Part shown: piece by piece, positions 6,676 through 14,698 of the stretch
Layout: the number at the start of each line of letters is the position of its first letter
How positions within the stretch are numbered: position 1 is the stretch's first letter
Made by a program: the position numbers and the translations under genes
DNA from: an uncultured virus (IMG/VR IMGVR_UViG_3300045927_000049)
Lineage: Duplodnaviria; Heunggongvirae; Uroviricota; Caudoviricetes
Reading direction: 5' to 3' (one strand)
DNA: 20,000 nucleotides
IMG/VR virus record: IMGVR_UViG_3300045927_000049
The notes under the pieces: model-generated
Seen by the model: only the letters and a program-made list of their open reading frames with translations
Told to the model about the DNA's origin: nothing
Databases searched by the model: none

Positions 6676-6924
6676 ATGAGTATCCATGCAACAAATCTGT
6701 GGGCCAGCATCGACAAGATTGCGGAGCAGGAAAACACCACGCTTCCAAGGCTTGCTTTGAAGGCGGGGCTTGACCAATCAACCTTCAGCCATGCACGCCG
6801 CAAGCGGAACTGGATGAGCCTGAAGACACTGGCCCGCGTGCTCAATGCACACGACATCACCATCAGGGAATGGGCGCGTCTGGTCGATGACAAGATGCCG
6901 AACCCCGATCCTGAAAACGTATAA
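6676..6924 (+). CDS. XRE/CI-type helix-turn-helix regulator (82 aa)
   Basis: LWASIDKIAEQ...RLALKAGLDQSTFS...W.S..TLARVL resembles the N-terminal HTH of alphaproteobacterial repressor-like proteins. Start reassigned to ATG 6676. Confidence 0.8.
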   Translation: MSIHATNLWASIDKIAEQENTTLPRLALKAGLDQSTFSHARRKRNWMSLKTLARVLNAHDITIREWARLVDDKMPNPDPENV

Positions 6925-6937
6925 CCAGAGAGGAGAT

Positions 6938-6993
6938 GGATAGTTCTTCCGAACTATCCTCTGATGGCGGCGGTCAATCGATTGCCGCCATCA
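6938..6993. terminator. Twin hairpins at the convergence of early and late transcription
   Basis: GGATAGTTC-TTCC-GAACTATCC (6938-6959, 9 bp perfect) and TGATGGCGGC...GCCGCCATCA (6962-6993, 10 bp perfect). No clean U-tract. Confidence 0.6.
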
Positions 6994-9900
6994 CTTCATT
7001 GGCGCGTCCAACGAGATTGTCCTGACGATCCTTCAGCATCTTGATCCGCGCTTCCCTGCTCTCCTCGGTGCCCTTCTTGCTTTCCCTGATCTTCTTGATC
7101 TTGGTGCTGATCTTCTTGCGGGCATTCTCAAAGGCGTTGATGCGGGCGGCGATCTTGTACTCCTTCGGATACTTCTGGATGATCGACAGGTACATCGCAT
7201 CGTCGTTATCCCTGCGGGCATCCTTCATTGCCTTGTGTACGCGCAGCACCTGATCCCTGCCCTCAATGTAGTCCTGTAGGTCGTTGCGCGTGGTGATGGT
7301 GCCGTAGGCTTTGCGCAGGAACGGAATGTCGGTGGCTTCGATCTCCATCTCCGGCAGTTCGCCGGTCGCCCCGCCATACATCAAGCGACCGGCGCGGGCC
7401 AGAAATGTCCCGGTGCCACCGGTAATCCAATCGACTGCATACTCGACCTGATTGGGGGAGTACTCCATCTTGCCGGGTATGTAATCTCCCTGCCGACCGG
7501 TTAGCTGGGACATCCAGTCCGCGATGGAAACAAACAGCGGATGGGTGTTGTTCCAGTATTGCTGGCTGCGGTTTTCTCCAACGTTATCATAGGGGCTGAC
7601 CGGTGGCGCGATGGGCTTGCCGGTGAAGTCCTCATTCATGTAGAGGTCCACTACCGGGTCGATAATCGATGGTACCACCCAGTTGAGGAAGGAGTTCGAT
7701 CCGCCCATCGGGTTGAGGCTGTCGATCATCGTCATGCCGCCCGTGCTCATCAGTTCACCCATCGTGTACTTGCCACGCGCGGCACGGGACGAGGCGCGGC
7801 CCCAGTTGTAGATGCCGTTCATCAGGTACGGCATCGGTATCTTGAAGTAGCCGCGCTCACTGATGCCGAACGGGTCCATGAACACCATGTTATGTTCAAG
7901 CACGTGCGGCGGTATCTTGTCGTAGGTCTTCTCTCCGTCATCGTCTTCCGGGGAAAGCGCCGACATCAGCATGTCCTGCACGGCACCGGCTGCAAGCACC
8001 GACGCCCAGACATACTTCATCCGGCGCGAGCGGATGAACGGGTTGAGCAGCGCCATCGATCCCTGCATCGACGCATTGAAGAACATGTAGAAGGCGGTCA
8101 TCATCGGTTTCATCTCGCCGCCCATATTGAAGTTGACGGTGAGGTTCTTGGCTGCGAATGCCGCCATCTCCTTTGCCCGCAACTGGTTCTGTGCATCGTG
8201 CGGGTCACCGCTGAGTTCAAGGTACTGGTCCCGAAGAACCTTGTAGGCGGCGAGACGGGTGCCGTTTTCAATGGCAAGGTTGTAGTCGGAGATAAACTTG
8301 CCAAGCGCCTTGAGCGGCTTCAGAACTTTGTGTTTGGCACCGGAGACATCCTCGGCCAGATGCTGGTTGATGTGGTCGATGGTGTCAGCCAGTTCACGGA
8401 TGCCGAAGACGGCGGTATGTCCGCCATGCCTGCGGAATTCCTCATGCACCTTGGCCCACTCGCCGGTCGGGTTGCCGGAACGCAGCGACTGCCGCACCCC
8501 GTTGAGTGCCGGGAGAACCGAAGCGATCACCTTGCGGCGCACACCCTTGCGCTTCTGCTCGGACAGGTTGACCATCGCCGCCTCAAGGTCGCGCAGCATG
8601 TTGGCGATCATGAACTCCGGATTGTAGCTGGTGCGGGTGGCGGCAAGGAACCGGTTGACTGCCGCCAGACCTTTGATCAGGGAGTGCATGCCGGTGTTCG
8701 AACCCAGCCCGGACTTCGATCCCATCGCCCTGACGATCTTGTCGTCTTTCATCTTGATGTAGAATTGCTGGCCATCGACCTTGCCCTTGAGCACGGTCGG
8801 ATCGGTCATCACCTGATTGTCCACTGACTGCACGACGGTGCCGGTCTTGACATCGTACCGGTATTTGGTCCTCGGCATCTGAAGGATTTCCGCCACGCCC
8901 GCCATCTGCGCCGGGTTGTCGAGGATCAGCTTGCGGAACGACTGCGCCACCTTGTTCTTCCCGGCCCGCACAATCGTCTCTTGGTTCTGCATGATGGCGT
9001 GGGCAATCAGGTCACGGCCCATGCTTTCGCGGCCAAGGGCTGAGTAGTCTTCCTTACCCCTGATGTTGAAGCCCTTGCCGGTCTTGGCAAAGTCGGACAT
9101 GTCCTCATCCCTGAGAGATGCTTCGCCAAGGAAGCCACGGATCGGCACGTAGTCCTGATAGGTATCGACCGGGGTGCCGTCCGGATGCAGCAGGGTGCGG
9201 AAGTCGGGGGTCAGTCCGGATGCCACGCGGATGTCGTTGGTGGACCTGACGATGGCCCGCATGCGGGAGCGCACGGAGTTCGGATTGGTCGGCTCCATGA
9301 ACTCCCGTGCAAATGGTTTGGTGGCAAACCAGTCGAGCACGGCCTGCGCCTCACCGTCACCCATGCCGGACCCGGCTTCGTACTGCATCGGTCGTTCGCC
9401 AGCGATGCGCTCGTTGCGCTTCTTCATCAGCGCATTTCGCTCCAGTGCATGCTGTGCATAGAGATAGAGTTCAGCCAGTGCGTGCTTGTGGTTGACCTTG
9501 TAGCCGTCGAGGAAACCGGCAACCCTTGGCGAGATGGTGCGTGCTTCGTCGTAGTCCCGGCGGGTGACGCTCAAGCCTTGGATGGTGTCCATCATCGGCT
9601 TGTAGAAGTCCTTGTCGTTGGCGGTCAGATGGGCGTCGGTCTGGCTGGAGTACAGTTGCTCCCTGAGATAGACATCGTTCTCGTTGGTGATGAAGCCGCC
9701 GTTCTTTTTCATGCGGTCGATCAGCCTGCCAATCGACAGCATGCGGTCCTGCAAGGAGATGATGGTGTCGTCGGCCTTCTCCTTCAGGAGAGCCTTCTGC
9801 CTGCCGCCGGGGATGGTCCAGTCGATCAGCTTGTGCAGGACAGGAGACAGGTTGTCGTAGGTGATCCTGTTGTGGACTTCGGACAGCCTGTCGATGGGTG

Positions 9901-12900
9901 GCACGGGCGGCACCCGTGTTCCGGTCGGTGCCGCCGCCGAATACTGTGGGTTTGCCTGCGCCTGTGCCTGCCGGACCATGGAGAAGAAAGGCTGGTCGCC
10001 CTTCTCGAAACTGTCCATCATCGGCTGAGTGAACATCAGGTCGTAGGTGTCGAGAGGAACGCCACCCTTCTGTTCGTCCATCCCCATCGCGGCATCCAAG
10101 CCACGATAGTAGTCGCCGTGCGCATGCCAAGACAGAACATGGTTGATCTCGTCCCGCTCCAGTCCGGCGGATTTCAGGATGTCATCCGGATCATAGTTGC
10201 GCCGGTTGCGGGTGACGTGCATCGCCGTCTTCAGCTTGTCGATCAGCGTCTCCGCGTCCTGCTTCTCGCTGTCGTGCTGGTACACGTCGTCATGGATGTT
10301 GTCCTGATGGTTTTTGTGCAATGCATTGATGAAGTCGAACATGTCTTCCCGTTCAGGCAGGGCTTCGGCGGCACTGAGAGACGGTCCCTCGTCTATCCCC
10401 AGTTCCCACGGCTCCGGCTCCCACGTCGGAGGACGATCCCTGCTTTGCACGACTGAGTGCTCAAGAACTGCACCGAATGGATCGGCAATGCCGCGTGTGA
10501 TACGGGGAAGCTTGAGAAGGTAGCGGTTGACGATGGGTGAGACGGAGACATCTCCATAGGCGGTGTACTGGTTTCGCCCCTTCTCGTCCTGTGTCGTTTC
10601 CAATTCGCCATAACCCTCTGTCACGGCAACGCTTTCCGGAGAGCCGTGCCATGAGATGCCGTCATAGCCATGCTCGACTGCATGCCGGATCATGCGGCGG
10701 ATCACATAGTCTTCCCAGTTCGATTTGAAGGGAGCGTTGGGGATAGCCAGTCGTTCCCGCGCCGCAGCCATCTCTTGGACCACATCGCTGTGCTCTTTCC
10801 TGACGGCATCGATCTGCGGTCCAAGATCGACCATTTCCTGTAGTCGCTCCTGCACCTGTCTGCGGTTGGTGAGTAGCCGCTCGTTCACCGCGCCACCGGT
10901 TTCGGCGCGTATCCTTTTCTCCATCTGTTGCAGCATCCATATCTGGTCAGCGATGACGACCTTCCTGCCTTCCAATTGGCGTTGCTTGTCGTAGAGAGCA
11001 CGCGCCTCATTTCCCAACTGTTCGTACTTGGCTACGGCTGACTTGGAGTAGTAGCCAACCTTCGACCCCCGCTGATGAAGGTCGGACTGCATTTCCTCAA
11101 GGAACATGATACGTTTGCCGTCCCGTTCCACGTCCCTGAAACGGACGAAGGCCAGCACGTTCTCAAGCTTTCGCCTACCCTTGCCTGCGGGCACTGTCAT
11201 GTGCCCGTTCTTGTCGAAGTAGTCCGGCTCCCCTTCCTTACCGGGGAAGGTGAGCGCCACTTCGGCATAGGTCTTGTCGGCCTTGCTGGTCTGGCTGCGC
11301 TCCACCCACTGCGGGCTGGATATCGCCGCTTGACCCAAGTCGGGGTGTGCCGGGTTGGCAAAGACGACAGCACGCACATTGGGTCCGGACGCCTTGACGA
11401 AGTTCATGATGTCGTTGCGGTGGACTTCCTCACCTTTCGGCAAGTCCTGTAGCCACTGCTTGATGCCCAGCCAGTTCAGTTCATCCGGCTTGATCCCGGC
11501 ACTGGACAGCATCTTGATCCAGTCATTCTTCGGTGCCGTCTCACGGGTGACCTTCTCAAGGAAGCGCATGGTGTCGAGATAGAAGTTGTCGGTCTTGAGC
11601 AGCGAGTAGGTGATGTCGTCGGGACCGCGCGGACCCAGCCCGCCATGACCAATCTCACGGTCGGCAATGCCACCGGAGAAGATGGTGTCCATCAGGTCGG
11701 CGGCATCGTGCCGCTGCGACAGCCGCATCATCTTCTTGATGAAGTCGGCTATCTTTCTCAGCAGGCTGCGCTCCGGATTGCGGAACGCGGTCGGGTCGTT
11801 CATGTAGTGCCGCGCCATCTCGGCAATGGCTTCCTCGGCAAGGATGTTGGAGCTGGAGCCTTCGGCGCGGATGGCTGCGCGTTGCAGCCATGTGTACTTC
11901 TTGCCGGGAACCTTGGCGTTCACCGCATGCTGGAACAGGGTGTCCCATTCCTGCGGAGTAAGGAGATCAAGGCTGCGTAAGGCATGGATCAGTTCGTGGT
12001 TGAAGACCTGTTCCATCAACTGAGCACGCTGCTCGGTGGTCAGGTTCGGATTGTAGAGATCGTTGGCAATCCGGATCAGGTTGCCGATGACCCGCTTCAT
12101 GCCATCCGGATCGGTGCGCTTGATGTCCTGTGAGGTGCCTTCGACAATACCGTCCGGCGCTTCCGGGTTGGTCAGCCGTGGCAGGATGCCGACATCCACC
12201 CGTCCCTTGCCCAGAACCTTTTCGCCGTAAGCCTTCAGGCTGTCGGCAACCGGACCCACCTGCTTGGTGAAGTCCTCCTCGATTGCCGCCTGCTTCTCTT
12301 CCGCTGTCTGCTGTTCTTTGTGCTGATTGCTTTCCGGGGAGTAGGCGGCATCGAAACCCTTCAACGCTTCGGTGGCTTCGTTCTCGGTGACGAATGTCTT
12401 GAGCAGCGTGTCACTGACCGTCCGCTGATCCTTGCCGGGGATGTGCTCATGCTGGAGTTCATGGATGCCGTACTGAATACCCTTCGGGTCTTCGCTTACG
12501 GTGGCTTCCTTCTGCCGGTTGGCCGGGATGTTCTTGTCGATCCAGTCAAGCGCCTCTTCGCGTGTGGCAAAGTTCACCTTGCGGCCAACCTTCTTACCGT
12601 CCATCTCGACGGAGAACGGCTTCGCATCGGCTGACTGCACCGCTCTGACGACATACTCACGGGTGCGCCGCTTGCGCCCCTTGCCCGTCTTGTCCACCGT
12701 CTCGCCGGTTCCATGCGGTTCAATGATCTTGATGTACTGGTCCTTGTTGCCAGCCGCATGGGCATCGCCACGCTTCAGTATCTCGTTGAAGTAGGCTTCT
12801 GCCATCGGCTTGGAGACGCCCAGCGTTTTCCTGATCCTGTCGATGGACAGAGTGCCCTTGTCCCGCAAGGCGACGACGGATTTCTTGTAATCGGTTTCGC

Positions 12901-14698
12901 TGATCGGTGAGACTTCCTCACCAATCTTCGGTGTCGCCGTTACCCGGCTGGCCTGCGGTGCTGATCCCTCCTGCGTTGTCTCTGAACCAGCAGCCGCAAC
13001 ACGCGGCGACATTCCGGTGACAGCGGACTTGTTGATGACGGCGTACTCGGTGCGGCCCTTCGGGCCAGTGCCCGCCACCACACCGTAACCTTGGTTAGCC
13101 AGTTCATTCATCCGCTCCTGTGTCAGCCCGATGATGGTGCCCTTCTGGCGGAAGATTTTGGTGCCGGGGGCGATGTCCACATTATAGACGGTGGGTGTGC
13201 CGCCCATCCTGCGGGAGAAGTTCTCGGCCTGTGACAGGTCTTCCTCGGCATGGCCGAAGAACCCGGCATAGAGACGGCCCTTCTTTCCGGGTCTGTCATG
13301 GATGAGGTTGATGCGGTCCTGCGTCAGTTGCGCATCGCCGGTTCCATGGATCAGCCGCATGCCCTCCTTGCCAACCAAGTCCGGCACGGCGTGCGGCGAT
13401 AACGGGGCGGAAGGGACTGGTGCAGGGGGCGCTGGAGGTGGCGGCTTCGGTCCTTCGGTTTCCGTATCCTTCAGACCGGCAGGAAGCTTCTGCTCATCGT
13501 CCTCCGTGAAACTTTCCACGATGTCGCTGGCATTGTCCGGCTGCGCACCGGCAACCACCTGATTGTCCAGCGGTTTCGCCAGCGCATCCTCAACTTGAGG
13601 GGGTTGGCCTTCCTGCTTGGGACCGAAAGCTTTCTGTCTGGCGGAAAGGTCGGCGGCTTCGGCGTCAATGTCCTCCTTCGCCTGCCGCAAGGCTTCTTGG
13701 TTTTTGGCTTCCTTCATGCCGCCGTGAGCACCAGCGCCAGCGCCGAAGATGCTCTCGACAATGCCGCCCATGATGGCGCTTTCGATGTACTCGGCCTTGG
13801 CCTTGTCATCCATCATCGGCAGTTCGGCCTGCCAGCGTTCCAGCCCCTGCTGGATCACCTCTTCCGACGCACCGGTTACCGCAGACAGCGCAGCCCCTTC
13901 GCCAATCCGCTTGGCGACAAGCGTCATCGATTTCTGCGTGGCCTTGGCCACCGCATCCTTGATGACCTTCTGCGTTGCTTTGGGAACGGTTGCCTTCCCG
14001 GCGGCACCGATGACGCCAAGAACGCGCAGTCCTATCTTGTCGGTGATTGTCTCGACGCCAGACTGGAGAGCGGTCGAGGCGTAAGCCTTGCCCCAGTCCT
14101 TGACGTAACCATGCTCTTCGATCTGCCGTTCGGCATTGGCGTTGAGCATCTGGGGTCCATAGCCCAGTGCGCCGCCGATGACGCCGCCGATGGCACCACC
14201 GATACCAGCCCCAATTGGCCCGCCAAAAGGAGCGCCAATAGCTGCACCAACGGCAGTCCCAACACCCATGCCGCCAAGACCCAGACCCATCGACGGGGCA
14301 GACTGTCCGATGGTTCCGGCGATGGCGTTGGCTTTGTTGGTATTGCTGTCGAGGAAGCTGCCCTCCGGTGTGCCATACGTATCTCTCTCAGCCCGCTGTG
14401 CCTGCGCTGCCTGTTCCCACTCCTTGGCCCGCGCAGGGTCACCCAAGGCTTCGAACAGTGACTGACCGGCGGTATCGACGCCAGCCTGTATTTCGTTCCA
14501 GCCACGCGCAACACCTCGACCGAACTGGGTCAGCATGCCGGGGGCTTCTTCCTTGGGGGGTTCAGTGGTGACCGCTGCCTGCGGCTTGGCTGTCAGGTGC
14601 GCGTTGATGCGGGCCATCTCCGTTTGGGATGGCGCTTCGCCTTTGATCCTGAAAATAATCGGGGTGCCGTTCGCTCTGCGTGCGAGAAACTGGCCCAT
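6974..14698 (-). CDS. Giant internal virion/ejection polyvalent protein (2574 aa)
   Basis: Gly-rich hydrophobic N-terminal segment, HGT...EY ART-like module, FtsK-gamma-like winged HTH, HELIH...EEAIAE zincin, LEEMQSD domain, and an LPD38-like C-terminus (TVNFNMGG, YMFFNASMQG, YFKIPMPY). Last gene of the ejection cluster. Confidence 0.88.
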   Translation of the reverse strand: MGQFLARRANGTPIIFRIKGEAPSQTEMARINAHLTAKPQAAVTTEPPKEEAPGMLTQFGRGVARGWNEIQAGVDTAGQSLFEALGDPARAKEWEQAAQAQRAERDTYGTPEGSFLDSNTNKANAIAGTIGQSAPSMGLGLGGMGVGTAVGAAIGAPFGGPIGAGIGGAIGGVIGGALGYGPQMLNANAERQIEEHGYVKDWGKAYASTALQSGVETITDKIGLRVLGVIGAAGKATVPKATQKVIKDAVAKATQKSMTLVAKRIGEGAALSAVTGASEEVIQQGLERWQAELPMMDDKAKAEYIESAIMGGIVESIFGAGAGAHGGMKEAKNQEALRQAKEDIDAEAADLSARQKAFGPKQEGQPPQVEDALAKPLDNQVVAGAQPDNASDIVESFTEDDEQKLPAGLKDTETEGPKPPPPAPPAPVPSAPLSPHAVPDLVGKEGMRLIHGTGDAQLTQDRINLIHDRPGKKGRLYAGFFGHAEEDLSQAENFSRRMGGTPTVYNVDIAPGTKIFRQKGTIIGLTQERMNELANQGYGVVAGTGPKGRTEYAVINKSAVTGMSPRVAAAGSETTQEGSAPQASRVTATPKIGEEVSPISETDYKKSVVALRDKGTLSIDRIRKTLGVSKPMAEAYFNEILKRGDAHAAGNKDQYIKIIEPHGTGETVDKTGKGRKRRTREYVVRAVQSADAKPFSVEMDGKKVGRKVNFATREEALDWIDKNIPANRQKEATVSEDPKGIQYGIHELQHEHIPGKDQRTVSDTLLKTFVTENEATEALKGFDAAYSPESNQHKEQQTAEEKQAAIEEDFTKQVGPVADSLKAYGEKVLGKGRVDVGILPRLTNPEAPDGIVEGTSQDIKRTDPDGMKRVIGNLIRIANDLYNPNLTTEQRAQLMEQVFNHELIHALRSLDLLTPQEWDTLFQHAVNAKVPGKKYTWLQRAAIRAEGSSSNILAEEAIAEMARHYMNDPTAFRNPERSLLRKIADFIKKMMRLSQRHDAADLMDTIFSGGIADREIGHGGLGPRGPDDITYSLLKTDNFYLDTMRFLEKVTRETAPKNDWIKMLSSAGIKPDELNWLGIKQWLQDLPKGEEVHRNDIMNFVKASGPNVRAVVFANPAHPDLGQAAISSPQWVERSQTSKADKTYAEVALTFPGKEGEPDYFDKNGHMTVPAGKGRRKLENVLAFVRFRDVERDGKRIMFLEEMQSDLHQRGSKVGYYSKSAVAKYEQLGNEARALYDKQRQLEGRKVVIADQIWMLQQMEKRIRAETGGAVNERLLTNRRQVQERLQEMVDLGPQIDAVRKEHSDVVQEMAAARERLAIPNAPFKSNWEDYVIRRMIRHAVEHGYDGISWHGSPESVAVTEGYGELETTQDEKGRNQYTAYGDVSVSPIVNRYLLKLPRITRGIADPFGAVLEHSVVQSRDRPPTWEPEPWELGIDEGPSLSAAEALPEREDMFDFINALHKNHQDNIHDDVYQHDSEKQDAETLIDKLKTAMHVTRNRRNYDPDDILKSAGLERDEINHVLSWHAHGDYYRGLDAAMGMDEQKGGVPLDTYDLMFTQPMMDSFEKGDQPFFSMVRQAQAQANPQYSAAAPTGTRVPPVPPIDRLSEVHNRITYDNLSPVLHKLIDWTIPGGRQKALLKEKADDTIISLQDRMLSIGRLIDRMKKNGGFITNENDVYLREQLYSSQTDAHLTANDKDFYKPMMDTIQGLSVTRRDYDEARTISPRVAGFLDGYKVNHKHALAELYLYAQHALERNALMKKRNERIAGERPMQYEAGSGMGDGEAQAVLDWFATKPFAREFMEPTNPNSVRSRMRAIVRSTNDIRVASGLTPDFRTLLHPDGTPVDTYQDYVPIRGFLGEASLRDEDMSDFAKTGKGFNIRGKEDYSALGRESMGRDLIAHAIMQNQETIVRAGKNKVAQSFRKLILDNPAQMAGVAEILQMPRTKYRYDVKTGTVVQSVDNQVMTDPTVLKGKVDGQQFYIKMKDDKIVRAMGSKSGLGSNTGMHSLIKGLAAVNRFLAATRTSYNPEFMIANMLRDLEAAMVNLSEQKRKGVRRKVIASVLPALNGVRQSLRSGNPTGEWAKVHEEFRRHGGHTAVFGIRELADTIDHINQHLAEDVSGAKHKVLKPLKALGKFISDYNLAIENGTRLAAYKVLRDQYLELSGDPHDAQNQLRAKEMAAFAAKNLTVNFNMGGEMKPMMTAFYMFFNASMQGSMALLNPFIRSRRMKYVWASVLAAGAVQDMLMSALSPEDDDGEKTYDKIPPHVLEHNMVFMDPFGISERGYFKIPMPYLMNGIYNWGRASSRAARGKYTMGELMSTGGMTMIDSLNPMGGSNSFLNWVVPSIIDPVVDLYMNEDFTGKPIAPPVSPYDNVGENRSQQYWNNTHPLFVSIADWMSQLTGRQGDYIPGKMEYSPNQVEYAVDWITGGTGTFLARAGRLMYGGATGELPEMEIEATDIPFLRKAYGTITTRNDLQDYIEGRDQVLRVHKAMKDARRDNDDAMYLSIIQKYPKEYKIAARINAFENARKKISTKIKKIRESKKGTEESREARIKMLKDRQDNLVGRANEVMAAID

